Below are positions 1 through 5,440 of a stretch of DNA of 41,255 bases, one piece after another; within the stretch, counting starts at the first letter, position 1; each line of letters begins with the position of its first letter. Both the position numbers and the translations under genes were made by a program. Below the pieces are notes generated by a model. That model was not told the origin of the DNA. It searched no databases and saw only the letters and a program-made list of their open reading frames with translations. The stretch spans positions 1 through 41,255 of the forward strand of contig CAIVXW010000040.1 of assembly GCA_903910005.1 (NCBI GenBank). The letters are read 5' to 3'. The DNA is from an uncultured Methylococcaceae bacterium. GTDB lineage: Bacteria > Pseudomonadota > Gammaproteobacteria > Methylococcales > Methylococcaceae.

Positions 1-125
1 GCCGAGGTATCCACCGTCACCTGACGGCGCGAACCCCAGTCTTCATGCCACCAGGCCTGCGCCAGGGTGGAGGTCAGCAATAACAGTATTCCCGTGAACC
101 GGGACAGGATCGTCATGGGAGTCAT
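1..125 (-). CDS. 5' end of a gene for a secreted protein (signal peptide followed by WWHEDW, a DUF2341-like start); the 3' part lies beyond the window edge
   Basis: The reverse complement of 125..1 reads ATG ACT CCC ATG ACG ATC... = MTPMTILSRFTGILLLLTSTLAQAWWHEDWGSRRQVTVDTS, with no stop before the window edge. It has a hydrophobic h-region and an AQA-type cleavage site. There is an alternative in-frame ATG at 116. It is absent from the ORF track because it is open-ended. Confidence 0.4.
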   Translation of the reverse strand, partial: MTPMTILSRFTGILLLLTSTLAQAWWHEDWGSRRQVTVDTS

Positions 126-133
126 GGTTGGGT

Positions 134-196
134 GGTGAATGGTGAGTGGTGAGGGGTGAGGGGTGAGGGGTGAGTGGTGAGTGGTGAGTGGTGAGG
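134..196. repeat. Tandem 7-bp repeat, nine units of GGTGA(A/G)(T/G)
   Basis: Read directly: ggtgaat ggtgagt ggtgagg ggtgagg ggtgagg ggtgagt ggtgagt ggtgagt ggtgagg. The array starts 9 nt upstream of the minus-strand ATG at 125. Confidence 0.9.
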
Positions 197-303
197 GGCA
201 TCCCGGGAATTTTTGCCTGATCCAGACCTCATAACGCCCGTAGGCGTTGCTGGCCAAATTCCTGTCCCGGACTGATGTTAACCGTGTTCAGTAACCGGCA
301 TCA

Positions 304-331
304 CTCACCCCTGACCCCTAGCCCCTGATCC
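304..331. repeat. Degenerate inverted copy of the heptamer array (CTCACCC CTGACCC CTAGCCC CTGATCC)
   Basis: Four C-rich heptamers whose consensus CTSACCC is the reverse complement of GGGTSAG. They end 8 nt before the GGAG ribosome-binding site of the 352 gene. Confidence 0.6.
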
Positions 332-351
332 CTATTACGGAGACCCTCATC

Positions 352-1236
352 ATGCGCATACTTCTTACCGGCGGCACCGGATTTATCGGACGTGCCCTGT
401 GTTCCAGCCTGTTGGCACAAGGACATGAATTAACGGTTTTAAGCCGCCAACCGGCAACGGTTACCAGCCGCTTGTCGCCGCAGGTGACGGCCTGGGGTTC
501 GCTGGATGAGTGGTCGCCCGGTCAGGTGTTCGATGCTGTCATCAATCTGGCCGGTCTACCCATTATCGACGCCGCCTGGACACCGGCCCGCAAACAGGCA
601 TTGTGGGCGAGTCGGGTTAGCCTGACCGAACATCTGGTGGCACGGATCAAAGCCTCCAGCCAGCCGCCTGCGGTATTGCTCAGTGGTTCAGCCATCGGGT
701 ACTACGGCAACACCGGCGATACGGTCGTGAATGAGGACAACCCGGTCGGGCAGGATTACGGGGCTGGTTTGTGTGCGGCCTGGGAACAGGCGGCCTGGGC
801 TGCCGCTGAAGCGGGCGTCCGGGTGTGTGTACTGCGAACCGGGCTGGTATTGCACCGATCCGGCGGCATGCTGGGACGCTTGCTGTGGCCGTTCCGGCTG
901 GGGCTGGGCGGGCCAATCGGTGGGGGAGGGCAGTGGATGAGCTGGATACACCGGGATGATGAAATCGGCATCATCGAATACCTGCTGAACAACCCGGACG
1001 GTCAGGGAATTTACAATCTGACCGCTCCCAACCCGGTCAGCAACGCTGAATTTACCCGGACGCTGGCAGAGGTGCTGCACCGGCCTGCCGTATTCAGGGT
1101 TCCGGCCCTGTTGTTGCACTGGATGCTGGGAGAGCGGGCCGAATTGCTGCTGGGAAGCCAGAACGTCAGACCGGAACGATTACTGGCCCTGGGTTATGCC
1201 TTCAGGTATCCGCACCTGAAACCGGCTTTGAATTGA
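352..1236 (+). CDS. NAD-dependent epimerase/dehydratase family protein, YfcH/TIGR01777 (SDR39U1)-like
   Basis: N-terminal Rossmann motif MRILLTGGTGFIGRAL. Length (294 aa) and C-terminal region (IYNLTAPNPVSNAEF...LLGSQNVRPERLL) are typical of the YfcH/DUF1731 family. GGAG at 339-342 sits 9 nt upstream of the ATG. Confidence 0.88.
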   Translation: MRILLTGGTGFIGRALCSSLLAQGHELTVLSRQPATVTSRLSPQVTAWGSLDEWSPGQVFDAVINLAGLPIIDAAWTPARKQALWASRVSLTEHLVARIKASSQPPAVLLSGSAIGYYGNTGDTVVNEDNPVGQDYGAGLCAAWEQAAWAAAEAGVRVCVLRTGLVLHRSGGMLGRLLWPFRLGLGGPIGGGGQWMSWIHRDDEIGIIEYLLNNPDGQGIYNLTAPNPVSNAEFTRTLAEVLHRPAVFRVPALLLHWMLGERAELLLGSQNVRPERLLALGYAFRYPHLKPALN

Positions 1237-1297
1237 GGGCAGTGTCGGTTAAGGACAGGGTGAAAGGACTGGGCAAATCGCCAGTGGTGTGTGGTGA

Positions 1298-1322
1298 CAC
1301 GCGGCCTGGATGGCCGCGCCAC
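1298..1322. repeat. REP-like palindromic element, copy 1 (CACGCGGCC TGGAT GGCCGCGCCAC)
   Basis: 7-bp stem CGCGGCC/GGCCGCG with a 5-nt loop. It lies in the 128-nt gap between two convergent genes. Confidence 0.7.
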
Positions 1323-1339
1323 ATCTGCCATCTGCCTGC

Positions 1340-1364
1340 CACGCGGCCAGGATGGCCGCGCCAC
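1340..1364. repeat. REP-like palindromic element, copy 2 (CACGCGGCC AGGAT GGCCGCGCCAC)
   Basis: Identical to copy 1 at 24 of 25 nt, in direct orientation 42 nt downstream. It abuts the stop codon of the minus-strand MFS gene. Confidence 0.7.
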
Positions 1365-1391
1365 TCACCCCTCAACCCTCACCCCTCGCTC
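1364..1391. repeat. Third heptamer array (CTCACCC CTCAACC CTCACCC CTCGCTC), same orientation as 304-331
   Basis: Read directly. It overlaps the stop codon and last codons of the MFS ORF; the C-terminal tail SGERGVRVEG is encoded by the repeat. Confidence 0.6.
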
Positions 1392-2693
1392 CCCTGACCA
1401 AATCTGATACAGGGCAATGCCGGCCAGGCCAAACAGCACCATGATGTACACACCCAGACTGGTGAATCCAGCCGCGGCTCCCTGCCGGTGAATAACCCAG
1501 GTGGCCAATAGTGGAACGGTACTGCCAAACAGCGGAGAGGCGATGTTGACGGCAAAACTGACCCCGCTGTAGCGGATTTCGGTGGGAAACAGGCTTGCTA
1601 CCGCTGCGAACACCGGGCTGGTGTATAAACCGATCAGCAGGGCGAAACCAAACAGGGCGGGCCAGGTGCCCGCGTCGGTCCAGCCGGTTGCCAGGGTGGA
1701 CATGACCGGCAACACCGCCAGCAGGGCGGTGCCCACTCCGGTCGCCAACACCCGCCGGTAACCCAGACGGTCAGCCCACCAGCCGCCGAGCAGGGTGGCC
1801 AGCAGGGACAGGGTCAGGGCCAGGGAGGTCAGCAGGAGTGCCTGACTCGCCGGAAGGTGCAGTTCCGCCATCATGAAGCTGTTGAAATAGACGAATATCA
1901 AAAAGAAACAGCAGGTCATGGGTGCCAGCAGGGCTATTGCCAGCACCAGCGGTTGCTTATGGCTCAGAAACAGGGTTCTGACCGGATTACGCAGTAATCG
2001 CTCTTCCGAGCGGGCCAGTTCGTACAGGGCACTCTCCGGCATGTCACGTCGAATCCGGATGCCGATTCCGGCAGCCACCAGGCCCAGAATGAAAGGCACG
2101 CGCCACCCCCAGTCGTTGAACGCCGCATCCGTCAGCATCAGGGACAATCCGCCGGAAATCAGGCTTCCCAGCAACAAACCGCCGCAGGTGCTGGCCTGAA
2201 TCAGGGCGGAGGCAAACCCCGTTCGTTCCGGCGGGGTGTGTTCCATCACGTAGGTGACGGCCCCGCCCATTTCCCCACCCAGTGACAGCCCCTGAAACAG
2301 CCGCAATATGACCAGTATTGCCGTCGCGGCAACACCGATGTCAGCGTAGGGCGGCAGCAGGCCAATGCCGGCGGTCGGTATCGCCATGCCCAGCATCGAC
2401 AGTGATAGTGCCCTTTTACGTCCATAGCGATCCCCCATGGCACTGAAGATCAAGGCTCCGATGGGTCTCATGCAGAAACTGACGCTGAAAACGGCAAAAG
2501 CCGCCAGGAGTGCCAGATCCGGTTGTTCCGATGGGAAAAAGGTTTTGCCGATAAACACCGAAAAATGCCCGTAGAGGGCAAAGTCATACCATTCCAGCGC
2601 GTTACCCAGGATGCCGGCCACAATGGCCTGCCGTGTCAGTTTGTTCATGTTCTGCTTCAGGGGGAGTGCTTGTCCGGGTGAGGACTGCGCCAT
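1365..2693 (-). CDS. MFS transporter, metabolite:H+ symporter (ProP/ShiA-like) family
   Basis: The N-terminal signature GNALEWYDFALYGHF, the loop motif MGDRYGRKRAL and about 12 hydrophobic segments support the call. The start is uncertain: ATG 2693 overlaps the upstream gene by 37 nt, whereas the ATG at 2648 (MNKLTRQ...) avoids the overlap. Confidence 0.85.
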   Translation of the reverse strand: MAQSSPGQALPLKQNMNKLTRQAIVAGILGNALEWYDFALYGHFSVFIGKTFFPSEQPDLALLAAFAVFSVSFCMRPIGALIFSAMGDRYGRKRALSLSMLGMAIPTAGIGLLPPYADIGVAATAILVILRLFQGLSLGGEMGGAVTYVMEHTPPERTGFASALIQASTCGGLLLGSLISGGLSLMLTDAAFNDWGWRVPFILGLVAAGIGIRIRRDMPESALYELARSEERLLRNPVRTLFLSHKQPLVLAIALLAPMTCCFFLIFVYFNSFMMAELHLPASQALLLTSLALTLSLLATLLGGWWADRLGYRRVLATGVGTALLAVLPVMSTLATGWTDAGTWPALFGFALLIGLYTSPVFAAVASLFPTEIRYSGVSFAVNIASPLFGSTVPLLATWVIHRQGAAAGFTSLGVYIMVLFGLAGIALYQIWSGERGVRVEG

Positions 2694-3655
2694 TGTTCGA
2701 GCCAGCGTGAAATATCATCATTGAGCGTTTTGGCCCAGTCGGGCAAATCCTTTCGGGCTACACCGTGATGATGTTCCGCGTCGGCGTGGTTCAGGGTCGC
2801 CACCGGTTCGGACAGCATCCGATTCTTCAGGCTCTGAAAATCCAGACCCGAGCCGGTCATGATTAAACCCCGGTTCAGCATGATGAGGCCGAGGGCCATC
2901 ACCAGAAACCCGGACGCCTTGACGATGCGGGGAGCCAGCCGATTCGAGACGCCCGATGTTAAAAAACCGAATCCCAGCATGACCGGCAGGGTGCCCAGGC
3001 CGAAAGCCAGCAGCAGTTTTGCCCCCGCCAGGGGGCTGCCGGTTCCGGCAGCCATGATGTACAGAGCCTGCAGTGGCCCGCAGATGATCATAAGGCCATT
3101 CAACAAGCCAATAAGGAGCGGGTGGTTGTATCGCCGATAGGCCTGCCCGATAAAACGCATCAGGGTAGCCGGGACTCCCAGGCGCAGACGATGTAGCGAC
3201 CAGGCCGGATTGATGATGCCCAGGCCAAAAACCAGCAGGAACAGGCCGGCCAGAAGGCCTGCCATCCCGCGCAGCCAGGGCGTGAAGGTGACCACCGCCC
3301 CCACTGCGCCAAATAACGCACCGATGGCCGTGTAGGAAACCGTCTTGCCCAGGGCATATTGCAAATGGGATCGCCAGTTGGCAGTGGATCGCTCTCCTCC
3401 CCGCAGGGAATACCCCACCACCAGCGCACCGCACATGCCCACACAGTGGAATCCGGTGAACAACCCGGTAAAAAACAACAGGCCGTAATTGAGATTCTCT
3501 CCCTGCAGTGAGAATGTGGGATGCTGATGCAGCAACCCGTCCAGGTAGAACAGCAACAGGATACCGCCCAGGCACATTGAAATGATGAGCCAGCGAACCA
3601 GTAGGCCGGGATGCGTTGCGGTCGAACGTAAGTGGGTCGGGGAACTGGAAGCCAT
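2657..3655 (-). CDS. DsbD_2 / TauE-SafE-like (UreH-like) integral membrane protein with a His-rich C-terminal tail
   Basis: Multi-pass membrane protein with the family-typical motif GFHCVGMCGALVVGYS and the tail HADAEHHHG. The track ORF starts at a TTG (3688). I prefer ATG 3655 (MASSSPTHL...), which is preceded by GGAGAG 7 nt upstream. Confidence 0.72.
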   Translation of the reverse strand: MASSSPTHLRSTATHPGLLVRWLIISMCLGGILLLFYLDGLLHQHPTFSLQGENLNYGLLFFTGLFTGFHCVGMCGALVVGYSLRGGERSTANWRSHLQYALGKTVSYTAIGALFGAVGAVVTFTPWLRGMAGLLAGLFLLVFGLGIINPAWSLHRLRLGVPATLMRFIGQAYRRYNHPLLIGLLNGLMIICGPLQALYIMAAGTGSPLAGAKLLLAFGLGTLPVMLGFGFLTSGVSNRLAPRIVKASGFLVMALGLIMLNRGLIMTGSGLDFQSLKNRMLSEPVATLNHADAEHHHGVARKDLPDWAKTLNDDISRWLEQWRSPHPDKHSP

Positions 3656-3899
3656 GTATAAACTCTCCGCGCCAGGGCAGGCAATCAAGCCTGTGGGTTT
3701 GTGTGATGTCCGAAGGGCAAAACCGGGCTACCCTTTCATTGAATGTCGGGAAAATGGTAACATCATTTGCAAGTTTCAGGCAGAACACGTGAGATGACGT
3801 CAGGGGTGTGTCATATCCCATAGCTAACAGCGTGTTTTTGTCGGTGTGGACGTGCAACCATCGCTGTTTGTCAGGGTTCCGGCCTCTGGCCCGGGGTTT

Positions 3900-3928
3900 G
3901 TATGGGGTATGCGGTGCATTCCCCATAC
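3900..3928. promoter_or_regulatory. 29-nt near-perfect palindrome/hairpin just upstream of the copper-operon RBS
   Basis: GTATGGGGTATGC-GGT-GCATTCCCCATAC gives 12 complementary pairs, one T:T mismatch and a 3-nt loop. It ends 5 nt before AAGAGG (3934-3939). No T-tract follows, so it is not a terminator. Confidence 0.35.
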
Positions 3929-3948
3929 CCTCCAAGAGGTTATTTACC

Positions 3949-4188
3949 ATGATGACAGCCCGTGCCTCCACGTCCATTGACGCCACACCCGCCCAGGGTG
4001 CCCTGATCCTGGGAACCGGTCTGGCTTTCGCCTCACTGATCCTTCTGCCCGCCGTGGCGACCCGCTTCGGCATCAACGCCGCCCTCACCGGGGCCATGCG
4101 AATCGCGCTGATGCGGGCATCGAGTCGGGTAGTGAGCCCCCGGCAGACTGATGGCGAAACCAGCCCGACCGGATTCAGTTGCCACTGA
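3949..4188 (+). CDS. Small hypothetical membrane protein (79 aa), candidate first gene of the copper operon
   Basis: This is the internal ATG of track ORF 3808..4188, with AAGAGG 9 nt upstream. The sequence MMTARASTSIDATPAQGALILGTGLAFASLILLPAV contains one TM helix. Third-codon positions are strongly G/C-biased. The protein ends in ...FSCH, 21 nt before the next gene. Confidence 0.4.
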   Translation: MMTARASTSIDATPAQGALILGTGLAFASLILLPAVATRFGINAALTGAMRIALMRASSRVVSPRQTDGETSPTGFSCH

Positions 4189-4209
4189 CCTGACAATCCA
4201 TTCATAACC

Positions 4210-4410
4210 ATGTCCGATACCGTCTACCACTGTGATCTCTGCCATCTGCCTGTTGAAGTCAACGGCTTTACGATTCAGTCGTCACAGGGCGAAAAACGCT
4301 TTTGCTGCGAAGGATGCAAGGGAATCTACCTCATGCTGCACGGAGACGGTGAGGATAATCAAGCGACCCAACCACCAGACCACACGACTCGCGGGAGAAC
4401 CACTCGATGA
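4210..4410 (+). CDS. Stand-alone metal-binding zinc-ribbon protein of the type normally found at the N-terminus of FixI/CcoI-type ATPases (ATPase-cat_bd-like)
   Basis: YHCDLCHLPV...x17...RFCCEGCKGIYLML fits the CxxC...FCCxGCxxVY pattern of that domain. The stop overlaps the next start (ATGA at 4407-4410). Confidence 0.7.
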   Translation: MSDTVYHCDLCHLPVEVNGFTIQSSQGEKRFCCEGCKGIYLMLHGDGEDNQATQPPDHTTRGRTTR

Positions 4411-4838
4411 CACACATACACCAGGCCGCCAGTGCCGTCAAAAAAGTTGCCGAACACGGCATGATGCAACAGGGAATGAACCACGCAATGGGAGGCATGG
4501 GCAGGATGATGACCGAGATGGGTTCGACCCATGCGGCAGGTTCCATGGCCGCCGGTGCAGCCGCTACCGGGGCACTGGTTGCAGTCAGTTCGCACAATAC
4601 CCGCAAGGGGGTTTTAAGTACCCTGAGTCGCCACCCGCTGCTGGTATTCGGCCTGGGTCTGGCCGCCGGTTATATGATCCACAAATACCGCAAGGAAATC
4701 ATTGCCGGAGCCACCCGCGTGACCGAGCAGGGCAAGGACTTCGTGCTTCAGCAAAAGGAAAGCCTGGAAGATCTGGTGGCCGAATGCAAGGAGTGTGACG
4801 ACGAGGCCGGTCAGCCCGGCCCGGACAAAACCGCATAA
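4407..4838 (+). CDS. Met/His-rich single-pass membrane protein (putative Cu(I)-binding accessory protein)
   Basis: The N-terminus HGMMQQGMNHAMGGMGRMMTEMGSTH has an MxxM/H-rich composition. One TM helix (HPLLVFGLGLAAGYMI) is present, and the C-terminus carries CKECDDE. It is translationally coupled to the upstream ORF. Confidence 0.6.
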   Translation: MTHIHQAASAVKKVAEHGMMQQGMNHAMGGMGRMMTEMGSTHAAGSMAAGAAATGALVAVSSHNTRKGVLSTLSRHPLLVFGLGLAAGYMIHKYRKEIIAGATRVTEQGKDFVLQQKESLEDLVAECKECDDEAGQPGPDKTA

Positions 4839-4854
4839 CCCCCGGCTGGCCAGC

Positions 4855-5421
4855 GTGTCCATCCAGAAGCAGGTCATCGTACGCCATCGTTCGCCCGGCC
4901 ATCTGCGCCTGCAATTGCCGCCCGTACTCCGCACGCCCGCGTGCGGCTTTGTTCTGGTCAGTGGCCTGCAGGCTCTGGAGGGCGTTTACCGGGTTCATTT
5001 TCTGGAGAAACAGGGCAAGCTTTCCATCCATTTTCTGGAGACGGATTGCACGACTGCCGACGTGGCGGCCTGCCTGTACCGGTTGATTGACCGCGTACAG
5101 GAACAGACTGTCCGGGTTGAAACCAGACCCGCCCCGCTGCCTGCCAGCGGGTGGCGCGGCAGGCTTGAGGAGATACGGGAGACCGTCCAGGCCGGCGGGG
5201 TAATTGCCCGGCAACTGACCCGAACCGCCACCGGCCTTTCCGGTACCCAGTGGCTGGGAGAGTTCATGAACGACCTGTTGATGCTCTACCTCATCAAGAT
5301 GCACTGGCCTTCAATCACCCAACTCTGGTTGCCGCATCCCTGGCGATACCGTTATGAATGGACGGCCACGTTCTATCTGATCTACCTGCACGTCAAGTCC
5401 AAACTGCCCAAACCGCCCTGA
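4855..5421 (+). CDS. Cysteine-less HMA-like (HMA_2-type) domain protein with a hydrophobic/aromatic C-terminus
   Basis: VIVRHRSPGHLRLQLPPVL...LEGVYRVHFLEKQGKLSIHF parallels the N-terminus of the adjacent ATPase (VVHQLKRRLRVAVPALK...IRHVRLIVELGQLVIHF). The track start 4795 would overlap the upstream gene by 44 nt; the in-frame GTG at 4855 avoids this. The start remains uncertain. Confidence 0.55.
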   Translation: MSIQKQVIVRHRSPGHLRLQLPPVLRTPACGFVLVSGLQALEGVYRVHFLEKQGKLSIHFLETDCTTADVAACLYRLIDRVQEQTVRVETRPAPLPASGWRGRLEEIRETVQAGGVIARQLTRTATGLSGTQWLGEFMNDLLMLYLIKMHWPSITQLWLPHPWRYRYEWTATFYLIYLHVKSKLPKPP

Positions 5422-5440
5422 GTTCAGGCTCGGGACATGA

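Noticed and set aside
134-196. Possible CRISPR array or telomere-like repeat
   Set aside because: The units are only 7 bp and are contiguous with no spacers, and no cas genes are present. I treat the array as a microsatellite-type tandem repeat instead.
2718-4211. 497-aa minus-strand ORF spanning the DsbD_2 gene and the whole divergent intergenic region
   Set aside because: It runs out of frame across a well-supported membrane-protein gene and through a promoter region. Its Arg/Gly/Pro/Ala-rich composition is typical of a spurious open frame in GC-rich DNA, and it has no recognisable motif.
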